35,432 nucleotides of DNA, from the IMG/VR virus record IMGVR_UViG_3300027672_000034, positions 1 through 35,432 of that record; one strand, given 5' to 3'. This DNA is from a virus. Lineage: Duplodnaviria; Caudoviricetes. Shown piece after piece: positions 1 to 8,086 of the stretch (the stretch's first letter is position 1; each line of letters opens with the position of its first letter). Made by a program: the position numbers and the translations under genes. The notes under the pieces were generated by a model that worked only from the letters and a program-made list of their open reading frames with translations, was not told where the DNA came from and made no database searches.

Positions 1-2
1 AG

Positions 3-1334
3 GGTGAGGTCATCGAAGGAGGCCATGGCGAGGCGGAGACGGGCGAGAAAGAAGAGGAGTCTGATGAGGGGAAGCGGGACGATGGTGACACGGTATCTGA
101 CGGGGGAGATGATGGTGAAGAAGAAGTAGGTAGCGGTGGACAAAGTGGAGACACCACGGATGAAGATAGTGGTGACGGGAAAAGTGGAGAGGTCAAAGAA
201 AACGGTGCGGGCGGTGCGGGTGAACAGTCTGAAGAAGGTGCGGAGTTCACTGAATTGCCACCGGGTTTGTCAGCAGAGGAGTTGATGGACGGTGAGAAAG
301 TTGACGCTGATTTGAGTGTTGCGTTGGGCTCAAGTCGTGTCAGTGGTGAAGGTAGTTATCAAGCAATGGATACGAGTCAGGACAAAGTTCATACGGCCAA
401 GGATGAAGATGGTTTGTATGGGGCCATGACGTATGGAACTCGCCTAAGAAAAAGTGTGTACGGTGATCGAAAGTACATGGAAATTAAAAGTCAGTTGGGT
501 GGCTACGTTGGTGTGGTGATGCGTCGTATGGAGAATGCGATGGCGTCATTAGATGCGAGAAAATATATGGGTGGATTTGATGAAGGCAAACTTAACGGCA
601 AAGCATTAGTGAGTGTGGTGAGCCGGTTGGAGATGAGGGCGTACAAGAAAAGAACTGATGACGTTGAGGTTAATACTGCGGTTGAGATATTGATTGATCT
701 AAGTGGGTCGATGCATGACGGAGGCAAGAGTGAGTTGGCCATGCAGTGTGCGATCACGTTGTGCGAAGCGTTGGAACGCACACCGGCTTCTTATGAGGTC
801 ACTGGGTTTAATGCGGTGAGTGGACAGAAAAGTGGAAAGGTCAACCGAGGAAGTAAGCGGGTCAGTGAAGGTCGAATGTTGTCTGAAAGAACTGGTGATG
901 GTGCGGTGCGAGCAGACATCTTGGATCATTGGGTGTTCAAAGATTTTGATTCGCAGTTGAGAGATTCGATGAGTGGGTTGGCACACATTGAAGATGCTGT
1001 TGGTGGCCAGAATATTGATGGTGAGAGTGTGGGATGGGCGGCTGCAAGATTGATGGCGAGGAAGGAGAGACGGAAGATACTGTTGGTGTTGAGTGATGGA
1101 AATCCTGCTGGGTTTGTTGTTGGTAGTCGTGATGCTTTTTATGCGCACTTGAAAGATAGCGTCTCGGGTATTGAAAAGTCTGGTGTGAGTATTGCGGCCA
1201 TCGGAATTATGAGCCCTAGCGTTGAGAGATTCTATAAGAATTGGGTAGTGGTCAATGACATTAAAGGTTTGAGTGGTGTGGCCATGGAGCAGTTAAGCAA
1301 GATGATGTTCGCTGAGAAATGGAAGGGGAAGTAA
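3..1334 (+). CDS. CobT-like vWA-domain protein (5' truncated by window edge); probable partner of a CobS/MoxR AAA ATPase
   Basis: The frame is open from position 3 through a long acidic G/D/E linker into a vWA domain: MIDAS 'ILIDLSGSM', 'GQNIDGESVGWA', 'RKILLVLSDGNP', 'AAIGIMSPSVERFYKN'. This is the CobT C-terminal layout. Confidence 0.85.
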   Translation, partial: GEVIEGGHGEAETGEKEEESDEGKRDDGDTVSDGGDDGEEEVGSGGQSGDTTDEDSGDGKSGEVKENGAGGAGEQSEEGAEFTELPPGLSAEELMDGEKVDADLSVALGSSRVSGEGSYQAMDTSQDKVHTAKDEDGLYGAMTYGTRLRKSVYGDRKYMEIKSQLGGYVGVVMRRMENAMASLDARKYMGGFDEGKLNGKALVSVVSRLEMRAYKKRTDDVEVNTAVEILIDLSGSMHDGGKSELAMQCAITLCEALERTPASYEVTGFNAVSGQKSGKVNRGSKRVSEGRMLSERTGDGAVRADILDHWVFKDFDSQLRDSMSGLAHIEDAVGGQNIDGESVGWAAARLMARKERRKILLVLSDGNPAGFVVGSRDAFYAHLKDSVSGIEKSGVSIAAIGIMSPSVERFYKNWVVVNDIKGLSGVAMEQLSKMMFAEKWKGK

Positions 1335-1513
1335 TGGCTAAACGTGTGACGGTTCCCGCCAAGTGGTGGTACGGCGTGAGTGCTGGTGGTCGGAGTGTGG
1401 TGACTTGGACTTGGTTGATGCCACGGTTAAGGAAGAAGGGAATGAATGTGAGGACGGAGCTAAGTGAGGTTGAACGCGTTGCTGTTGAATTGATTGATGG
1501 GCGAAGGAGATAA
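1334..1513 (+). CDS. hypothetical protein, 59 aa
   Basis: TAATG stop/start coupling with the previous gene, and an RBS-like GGAAGGGG upstream. Confidence 0.55.
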   Translation: MAKRVTVPAKWWYGVSAGGRSVVTWTWLMPRLRKKGMNVRTELSEVERVAVELIDGRRR

Positions 1514-1516
1514 GTG

Positions 1517-2197
1517 ATGAGTGTCGAAGCATTGGAAAGTTGTTTGGAAAATGTGGTGCTGTTGGATGTTGAAGAGTTGAGCGTGGTTTCCGCATTGATT
1601 GGTGACTTGAGTGGTGTGTTGCCAGTGAAGGCGTTGACTGAGGATTTGGATTTAGGTGAGTTGGTTCCTCCCAGTGTGACGGCTGCTGTGTCTGGTGCCT
1701 CTGGTGATGAGCCTGTTGCCAAGGCGACCAAGTGGATGAGCAAGAAAGAAGGTCGTAAGTGGTGGATGAAGAGAGTGTCGTCTGTGAACTTGGCGAAAAA
1801 TAATGGGTTTGCGATTGAAGGGCATCTTGTGAGTGGGCCAGACATGGTTGAAGAGGGTGAAGCTGTTGTTGTTGGGTGGAAAAATAAAGCGGGTGAAAAT
1901 AGATGTATTGCTGCGATGAAGGTTGGTGAGGAAAAGTCAGGTTGTGTTTATGCGATGGATATTTGTGAGGGTGCGGCTGATATGGTGAAAGGAAAAGTTG
2001 GGGAGATTTATGGGTTTAAGAGATTGGTGTGGTGTGATCATGATGGTGTCTGGAGGAGATCAGATGAGGATAGTGTCGGGAAGATTGTTTATTGCCCAGA
2101 GTTGGCGAAGAAGACACGGATGCGCCCTGATTTAAAGGCTACAATACAGGTGTTATGTGAGACGGATGGTGTGCAAATTAAGGGGGCAGATGAATGA
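1517..2197 (+). CDS. hypothetical phage protein (~226 aa)
   Basis: AAGGAG RBS 7 nt before ATG 1517; ATGA overlap with the next gene; codon usage matches the neighbours. Confidence 0.7.
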   Translation: MSVEALESCLENVVLLDVEELSVVSALIGDLSGVLPVKALTEDLDLGELVPPSVTAAVSGASGDEPVAKATKWMSKKEGRKWWMKRVSSVNLAKNNGFAIEGHLVSGPDMVEEGEAVVVGWKNKAGENRCIAAMKVGEEKSGCVYAMDICEGAADMVKGKVGEIYGFKRLVWCDHDGVWRRSDEDSVGKIVYCPELAKKTRMRPDLKATIQVLCETDGVQIKGADE

Positions 2198-2406
2198 GAC
2201 GATTGATGCGAGCTCTTGAAAAAGAACGTCGTGATGGTGGGGAGTTTACCCAGACAGAGATCGCTCAGCTTACTGGGTATAGCTTGACGAGTGTTTGTAG
2301 TTGGATGGGAGGGAGAGGTAATCCTAGCATCCAATGTGTTGTTGATGTGGCTCAAGTGATGGGTTTGGAAATAAGATTTGTTAGACGGAAAGGTGATGAT
2401 GAATGA
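2194..2406 (+). CDS. XRE-family helix-turn-helix protein
   Basis: 'FTQTEIAQLTGYSLTSVCSWMGGRGNPSIQCVVDVAQVMG' is a canonical HTH_3 pattern. Confidence 0.85.
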   Translation: MRRLMRALEKERRDGGEFTQTEIAQLTGYSLTSVCSWMGGRGNPSIQCVVDVAQVMGLEIRFVRRKGDDE

Positions 2407-2519
2407 AGGATTTGTTTTTTGAAATGATGATTGCGCCTGCCATTGGGTGGTTGAAGTTGTGGTCTTGGTTGTGTGGAGTTGAGATGGAAATGCGTGAGAA
2501 AGGGATTGAAGATGAGTAA
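2403..2519 (+). CDS. small hypothetical protein, 38 aa (not in ORF track)
   Basis: ATGA overlap with the XRE stop; translates MKDLFFEMMIAPAIGWLKLWSWLCGVEMEMREKGIEDE*; overlaps the next start at 2512. Confidence 0.5.
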   Translation: MKDLFFEMMIAPAIGWLKLWSWLCGVEMEMREKGIEDE

Positions 2520-2670
2520 AGGATTCGGTGAGCAATTCGAGATGGTGGGGTTAGATGAGATGTTAGATTACGAGGGCAAGCGGTACGATGATAATGGTAT
2601 GGACTTGACGAAAAGGTTGGAGGCAAGAAAGAAGAAACATTATGTCCCTAAGAAAACAGTTAAAGTATAG
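2512..2670 (+). CDS. small hypothetical protein, 52 aa
   Basis: ATG 2512 (MSKGFGEQ...) overlaps the end of the previous ORF in a tightly packed operon. Confidence 0.5.
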   Translation: MSKGFGEQFEMVGLDEMLDYEGKRYDDNGMDLTKRLEARKKKHYVPKKTVKV

Positions 2671-2672
2671 GG

Positions 2673-2864
2673 ATGGAAAAAACACCTGCACCTGCACCTG
2701 TACCTGTAGCGGAATGGATTAGATGGAGCGACGGTAACGTTAGTTACAGTCGGTATAAAGATTATGAGAAGTATTGGCATGTTCAAGAACAGGAACAAAA
2801 CAATGTGTCCCGGTTTGGTTGGCTCGATTGGGTGCGGAGATGCATCGATTTCAGACAACGATAA
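2673..2864 (+). CDS. small hypothetical protein, 63 aa
   Basis: Starts 2 nt after the previous stop; PAPAPVPV linker. Confidence 0.5.
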   Translation: MEKTPAPAPVPVAEWIRWSDGNVSYSRYKDYEKYWHVQEQEQNNVSRFGWLDWVRRCIDFRQR

Positions 2865-2908
2865 GTGTGTTGATTGTCCTTACAAGAATAAAGTTTTGGA
2901 GATTAAGA

Positions 2909-3136
2909 ATGACGAATACGTGTACAAGGAAAGAGGCTGAACAGATAGCTAAAGAAATTAGTGGGTACTGGATGGACAGAGGGTTTGTCATACAAACGGA
3001 AATAATTCGAGCTCTTAAAATGGACAGCAAACAGGTCGGAACGTGGGGCCAGTACGATTATTTTGTGCGGTCAAATTTAATGAATGGTGCGCCACGAAAA
3101 GAAGATAGCCTTGACCATGTCTTGGCGGTGGGCTGA
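2909..3136 (+). CDS. small conserved protein, paralog A ('EISGYW..G...VRSNLMNG.P' motif)
   Basis: GGAG RBS before ATG 2909; shares motifs with the downstream ORF. Confidence 0.7.
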   Translation: MTNTCTRKEAEQIAKEISGYWMDRGFVIQTEIIRALKMDSKQVGTWGQYDYFVRSNLMNGAPRKEDSLDHVLAVG

Positions 3137-3327
3137 TGACTAGATGCAAGCTGAGCACATCATATGTGACAAAAGAAATGGCAGCCCGAACGGCTGTAGA
3201 AATTAGTGGGTACTGGGCTGACCAAGGTGAGTATGTAATGGTTTGGGTCGAGAAATCTGTGCGTGACCCAAGGAATTTAGATTGGGTGGTGCGCAGTAAC
3301 TTGATGAATGGGATGCCCGTGAGGTAA
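3136..3327 (+). CDS. small conserved protein, paralog B
   Basis: TGATG coupling; EISGYWADQG and VRSNLMNGMP motifs shared with 2909-3136. Confidence 0.7.
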   Translation: MTRCKLSTSYVTKEMAARTAVEISGYWADQGEYVMVWVEKSVRDPRNLDWVVRSNLMNGMPVR

Positions 3328-3340
3328 TTGGAAGGGGTAC

Positions 3341-3577
3341 TTACCTTTTAGATTTTGCGCCCGAGCATTTCCAACGCTTACGAGATAAATTGTTAGGAGT
3401 GTTCGGGTTATTCTGTTTCTTTTTAGACAACCCTTTCTTTATACCTAAACTTCTTGCGCAGTAACTGTCGCCTTTAGACGTTCCCGGTTTTACTGACGCA
3501 CCTTGTTGCCCGTAGGAAACTTTCTTACCAGATGAAGTGATCTTAACTTTTGCTTTTCCTTTATTTGGAGAAACCAT
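3341..3577 (-). CDS. small basic phage protein (YCARS...SRKRWKC type, DUF6321-like)
   Basis: K/R-rich 78 aa with 'KKVSYGQQG', 'KGDSYCARS', 'LSRKRWKC'; AAGGA RBS; pattern recalled from marine phage small proteins. Confidence 0.7.
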   Translation of the reverse strand: MVSPNKGKAKVKITSSGKKVSYGQQGASVKPGTSKGDSYCARSLGIKKGLSKKKQNNPNTPNNLSRKRWKCSGAKSKR

Positions 3578-3593
3578 AGAAGTGTCCTTTGTT

Positions 3594-3983
3594 TTAGATG
3601 TGTGGCAAGCCCATGGATTTAAGCCATGCGAGATAATAGGTTAGAAATCCATCGAGGCGTAAGATGACAATAGAGTCACCTGTCTTGGTGTTGTTGCGGC
3701 GCGAGATAACGACGGGTGTCTCGGGGCAATTGCGGTTGGTGACTGAGCGTTCGGCTTGGTCGAGAGATTTATAAACTTCAAGACGTTCGACACGCTTGGC
3801 TTCTACGTGCAAACCGGGTGTGCCAATTAGGTCTGCTTGTCCTGCGCCATTGAATGACATGCCTCCACCCGAGAGGGGTGCGCGTGATGCGGTGAGGGGT
3901 GGAAGGACGGTTGCGTTTAGGTATGCGGCGAGCTCGCGCTCGTATCCGTCTCCTTTATTCTTTGGGGATTTTAATTTTGCCAT
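3594..3983 (-). CDS. Holliday junction resolvase, PD-(D/E)XK (Hjc-like) fold
   Basis: 'KNKGDGYERELA', 'RAPLSGG', 'ADL', 'HVEAKRVE' motifs; probable start MAKLKSPKNKG at 3983. Confidence 0.8.
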   Translation of the reverse strand: MAKLKSPKNKGDGYERELAAYLNATVLPPLTASRAPLSGGGMSFNGAGQADLIGTPGLHVEAKRVERLEVYKSLDQAERSVTNRNCPETPVVISRRNNTKTGDSIVILRLDGFLTYYLAWLKSMGLPHI

Positions 3984-4039
3984 GGGATAATTATAGCCAT
4001 TTATCGAGGGCCAATGTGAAGGAAAGGGTATTGCATTCA

Positions 4040-4420
4040 TTGCAACCGAGCGCCCCCGAAGGAGGGCAGCGCCACCCGAATCTTGCTAGTATTTATCGTA
4101 GCCCTGATTGCAAAATGGCCATGTCGAAATGAAATGATAGCCAACATATTTACATAGATGTCGATTTTCTGCGGGGTGTAGAGCGTGTACCACAAATGGT
4201 AATTGACGGGCTTCTGCGGTTAATCTACAAATCTCTTTGTCCCTTATAACTATTAATTATCAAGTTTCCCATATGTGCCTCCTTCGGGGCACATGAACAT
4301 TTAAATGAGTTACATGTTTCTCAATAATTGTTCTGATGATTAATAGATATAACGTTAGGCTAAGCGTCAGGGGAATTTTGTTTTTAGTGTACCGTAAGCG
4401 GAACATACACAACATATTTG
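4040..4420. other. intergenic region, candidate replication origin / regulatory region
   Basis: Long stretch without a credible gene, downstream of the primase-helicase; AT-rich segment ~4240-4390; two inverted copies of CCTCCTTCGGGG in hairpins; CAACATATT motifs. Confidence 0.4.
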
Positions 4421-4423
4421 CAT

Positions 4424-4600
4424 TCACGTTGGCCACTGTTGCATGGCCCATTCGTATCGAAGATAATTATCCTTGTTAGAAGTTACTCCAGTTTCTTCTT
4501 CCATTTCCGACCTGTAGTCGGTCTCCCTGTTAAACTTGAGGGCGGGTTCTTTAATTAGAGCCCGCCCCTTTTTTACATTGAGTCTGCTGCATCGTGCCAT
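4424..4600 (-). CDS. possible small hypothetical protein (58 aa)
   Basis: ORF overlapping the end of the primase gene; no recognisable motif. Confidence 0.3.
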   Translation of the reverse strand: MARCSRLNVKKGRALIKEPALKFNRETDYRSEMEEETGVTSNKDNYLRYEWAMQQWPT

Positions 4601-6423
4601 TTTTGTACCGTCGCCTTTGATACTTTTAACTCTCGACAAATATCAACTATCCCCGTGCCGTTACGCCGCAATGCGTATGCCTTCTGTCTGTTCGATAGGC
4701 TGGAGACAATGTGTGTGTCATCCATCATGTCGCGTGTGAATCCGACGAGCTCTTGCGTATGAACTTCAGGGTCACGATCACGCACCTTGCCATAGCTGAC
4801 GCGCATTGGGTGTCTAAGGAACTGATCACGCGGCAACCTATTCTCCATCTCAAGGTAATCGCTTTCCTCGTCCCCCACCATGGCCACCCTGATCTGTGTC
4901 TCAAGGATCGTCAGTTGGTTGGACGAGCCAGCCTCACCGCCAACATGTGTTCCGCCCTTGTCATCACGCACTGGCTTATTGGCATGGTGCATCATCACGA
5001 ACGCACACCCCTTCTTACGCATCCGCTTGGCTTGCTCGTTAATGACCGCCCATTCTTCTGAGTTGTTCTCAGACATTCCCGGCAAACCAGTGCGCAAGTT
5101 GTCGTAGAAGATCACGTCGGGGTGTGTCTTATCTACCAGATAGTCGAGGTTCTCTCGACCAAGGTCGCTACGGAAATCCAAATCATAATCACTATCGCCC
5201 TGCATTGACTGCGCCCAATACGTGAGGTTCTCTTTGGGATCGCCAAAAGTTTTTTTGAACTGTGTCATCCGCTTGATGATGTCGCCCTGCCCCATATCGA
5301 AATCAAGATACAATACTTTATATGGTTGAGTGCAATAGAACGGGCCGAACGATCTGCCTTGCGCAATACAGAATGCACTAGCCAAGCTCATTAAAGATTT
5401 ACCATGCGATGCGTACCCGTAGATTTGCACGATGGATTTTTCTTTAAGCCATGGCTCCATAATATATTTTGGCTCTTCGTATTCCATGCCAAGGATGTCC
5501 GACATACCAAACATGCCGGGTATTTTCGATGGGCGTAGCGTGCCGTCCTCAACCCGCTTCATTCTCAACTCACCTTCTTCATCATATCGTGCTGGGTGAT
5601 TTGATTTGTCTGTTGTTCGTATGGATTTATATGCGGCTTCGACTTCTTCGTTGGGCAATGGCTCATCAAAGTATCTGTCTTGGAACTTGGTGACAAGGCG
5701 AGAAACTTCTTTGCCATCCAAGCTGGATGAAATGAGATCACCTATATACTTAGCCATAACATTATTGCGGCCATCACCATCAGATAGTTTTCCTTTCTCT
5801 ATAAGGTGGGCTTCCATCTTCTCTATAGTTGTCTGTCCTTCGGGATCGACGCTAGATAGATCGATGTCATCTGCCTCAACAGTTAGAACGATTGGCCCTG
5901 CCCATAACGGTAAGTCTTCAATGTCTGAAAACCCTGCCGCTATTTCCCACGAATAGAAAACTTCTGAGCCACCGTCATCGTCGCCTACCCATTTGCTGGA
6001 TGGTGGGCATAACACATAGCCACCGTCACCACGTAGATCGATACCTTGTACTCCACCCATATTAACTTGGTTTCTAACTTGGCCACCGGGATGTGCATAA
6101 TAGAAATGTCGGCCACGGCTAGTTTTCACAGTAAGAGGAGAGTGTGCGCCGTGTGTGCGCCACCATTCTTCTGCCTTGGCATTGTCGGTATCAACGACCA
6201 CCAATCCTGACATATCACCTGTTAGTATGGCGAGGTTAAATTCTTTGAACTCTGCTTCCCATTCTTCAATGTGGTCTGATGTTGCTGGGTTAGATTGAAA
6301 GTGTTTCCATTTAGTCAACGGCTTCTTTGTCTCTTTGCCAATCGGAATAATAGACAACCCATTGTCTACATATTCATGCGCTGCACTTACTACATCTACT
6401 GTCGTTGTAATCATATCGGCCAA
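4573..6423 (-). CDS. bifunctional primase-polymerase (Prim-Pol/AEP) fused to a PriCT-like domain, an AAA_25/RepA-like helicase and a C-terminal HTH
   Basis: 'NLAILTG..SGLVVVDTD', 'TSRGRHFYY', 'GIDLRGDGGYVLCPPS' (Prim-Pol); 'DGRNN' (PriCT); Walker A 'GYASHGKS', 'VLYLDFDM', Walker B 'VIFYDNL', 'MMHHANK'; terminal 'DICRELKVSKATVQKW'. Confidence 0.92.
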   Translation of the reverse strand: MADMITTTVDVVSAAHEYVDNGLSIIPIGKETKKPLTKWKHFQSNPATSDHIEEWEAEFKEFNLAILTGDMSGLVVVDTDNAKAEEWWRTHGAHSPLTVKTSRGRHFYYAHPGGQVRNQVNMGGVQGIDLRGDGGYVLCPPSSKWVGDDDGGSEVFYSWEIAAGFSDIEDLPLWAGPIVLTVEADDIDLSSVDPEGQTTIEKMEAHLIEKGKLSDGDGRNNVMAKYIGDLISSSLDGKEVSRLVTKFQDRYFDEPLPNEEVEAAYKSIRTTDKSNHPARYDEEGELRMKRVEDGTLRPSKIPGMFGMSDILGMEYEEPKYIMEPWLKEKSIVQIYGYASHGKSLMSLASAFCIAQGRSFGPFYCTQPYKVLYLDFDMGQGDIIKRMTQFKKTFGDPKENLTYWAQSMQGDSDYDLDFRSDLGRENLDYLVDKTHPDVIFYDNLRTGLPGMSENNSEEWAVINEQAKRMRKKGCAFVMMHHANKPVRDDKGGTHVGGEAGSSNQLTILETQIRVAMVGDEESDYLEMENRLPRDQFLRHPMRVSYGKVRDRDPEVHTQELVGFTRDMMDDTHIVSSLSNRQKAYALRRNGTGIVDICRELKVSKATVQKWHDAADSM

Positions 6424-6430
6424 CCCCCTC

Positions 6431-6685
6431 TTACTTATTATTGATTAGGTATTTTTCAAATTGCAGGACGGCTGCACCGTCTTGGATCGAAAAAGGTGAT
6501 GCGTATCCCTTCTCTATAAATGTTGGGGCCATCACCATAATCTTGGCGAGTCCATCACCTGTGATCTTGTTTTGATTTAGCCACCTATACGGTGTGGTTC
6601 GACTGCCACCTAAAATTTTGGCAACAAAGGCTACGCCTCCCAAGTCGTTTAATAAATGGGACACGTCTATTTTTTTGGTATCCAT
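6431..6685 (-). CDS. Cro/antitoxin-like HTH regulator
   Basis: 'LLNDLGGVAFVAKILGGSRTTPYRW' Cro-like HTH; AGGA RBS before ATG 6685; first gene of the leftward replication operon. Confidence 0.75.
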   Translation of the reverse strand: MDTKKIDVSHLLNDLGGVAFVAKILGGSRTTPYRWLNQNKITGDGLAKIMVMAPTFIEKGYASPFSIQDGAAVLQFEKYLINNK

Positions 6686-6747
6686 AGTCTTTTTCCTAGA
6701 TATCTGCGGTTGAATAACCTGCATTGTTGACCACTGTTTCATTAGTG

Positions 6748-6797
6748 ATACACAACATATTGTATGTTGTCCTGTTTTTGCAACATACATGTTGTGT
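6748..6797. promoter_or_regulatory. nested inverted repeats, putative operators in the divergent promoter region
   Basis: ACAACATA-TTG-TATGTTGT (6752-6770) and CAACAT-AC-ATGTTG (6781-6794) lie between the divergent starts at 6685 and 6882. Confidence 0.6.
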
Positions 6798-6881
6798 CAT
6801 ACAAATATATTGGGTATCAAGATTCTCGACGGCAACGAGGTCGTTAAAAACTTTCCGATAGGGAAAGATACGGAGAAAAAT

Positions 6882-7307
6882 ATGTACGATGAACCAACAC
6901 CATTGGTGCAAGAGAACAGTGAAGAGTTAGTTCGACTTGCTACACGACACGCAGAATTAAAGGAAGACTTCGCCCTTACTAAAGAACAACTAGAGAAGGT
7001 CGATGCTGAATTAAAAGAACTACTTTCTGCTTGTGAATACGACACAGTCAAATGTGAAATAACCTTAGAAAACGTAACCATCAAACAAACCATCAGAGAA
7101 AATCGTAAGTGGGATACCGAAATGCTCCAGCAATTGTTGGAAGCTAACGGCGTTGATCGAATAGCTGATCTTCCTGCTCATATAAAGCTAGGTCTATCGA
7201 TTACTGCGGTTGACTTAGATGCACTACCCGAAGACACCCGCACAGAACTTAGTGCCGCGTGCGAAATCAAGCCATCAATAGTAATCAAAGTGGAGATTGA
7301 CCAATGA
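6882..7307 (+). CDS. coiled-coil protein upstream of the Sak4-like gene (Gp157/Gam-like, tentative)
   Basis: GGAG RBS before ATG 6882; N-terminal coiled coil; 'KWDTEML' segment; ATGA overlap with the ATPase gene. Confidence 0.6.
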   Translation: MYDEPTPLVQENSEELVRLATRHAELKEDFALTKEQLEKVDAELKELLSACEYDTVKCEITLENVTIKQTIRENRKWDTEMLQQLLEANGVDRIADLPAHIKLGLSITAVDLDALPEDTRTELSAACEIKPSIVIKVEIDQ

Positions 7308-8086
7308 GCTGGAAGACTAGAAGGACAGGAGCAGAACTATTGGCTGCTTCACACAAGGTATTAATGTGCGCCAACCCCGGATGGGGAAAGACACACCAAG
7401 CCGTCCATATGGCTGAGCGTTATGGAAAAGGGTTTATTTTGTCTGGCGAAGCCGGTCTGCGAAGCCTTGGCCACTCTGAGATCGAGTACCTTCCATTCAC
7501 TAGTTGGAATGGTGAGCACAATACTGAATTAGGTATCTGTTCTTTCAGAGGAATTGTTCTCGACATGATGTCTGATACTAGTGGCTTTCAAGACGAGGGT
7601 TACAAATGGATCATGATAGATTCCATCACTGAAGTTGGTGAACGTTTGATGTCCCATCTTGAAGAGAAGCACAAAGACAACAAGAACAAGTTTGAGAAAT
7701 GGGGAGAGTATGCCTCGGCCATGCTTGGTGTGATGAAGCTGATCCGAGATTTAGATATGCACGTAGTCATGACTTGTCTACTCCGTCACGAAGAAGACGA
7801 AGATGGGACTACACACTACTGGCCAAATGTTCCCGGCAAGGCTGTTGGTAAACAATTGTGTGGCATGTTTGACCACGTTTTTGCTGGCCACCGTGTCACA
7901 CAAGAAATGCCTGACGCGCCATCTCAAGTGCGTCGCTTCATTATTACTGACGAAACTAAGGGATACCACGGCAAGAGCCGAGACCCTTTCCGTCACCTAT
8001 CACCGGTTATGGAAACAGGTGACATAACTGAGTTACTGGAAATGATTTCCAAGACACCAACTAAAGCAAAAGGAACTGCCAAATGA
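7304..8086 (+). CDS. AAA_24 / Sak4-like single-strand annealing ATPase
   Basis: Variant Walker A 'CANPGWGKT', 'SGEAGL', Walker B 'WIMIDSITE', 'LCGMFDHV', 'GKSRD'; adjacent to SSB. Confidence 0.85.
   Translation: MSWKTRRTGAELLAASHKVLMCANPGWGKTHQAVHMAERYGKGFILSGEAGLRSLGHSEIEYLPFTSWNGEHNTELGICSFRGIVLDMMSDTSGFQDEGYKWIMIDSITEVGERLMSHLEEKHKDNKNKFEKWGEYASAMLGVMKLIRDLDMHVVMTCLLRHEEDEDGTTHYWPNVPGKAVGKQLCGMFDHVFAGHRVTQEMPDAPSQVRRFIITDETKGYHGKSRDPFRHLSPVMETGDITELLEMISKTPTKAKGTAK

Noticed and set aside
503-2858. Minus-strand ORFs over the left arm, and the 10043-10489 plus-strand ORF
   Set aside because: The left-arm ORFs are S/P/T/H-rich shadows produced by the G/T skew; 10043-10489 is antisense to the wHTH gene.
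4040-4130. Pistol ribozyme or SAM-II riboswitch resemblance (AGGGCTACGATAAATA on the minus strand)
   Set aside because: The required P1 partner and pseudoknot pairings cannot be formed from the flanking sequence.
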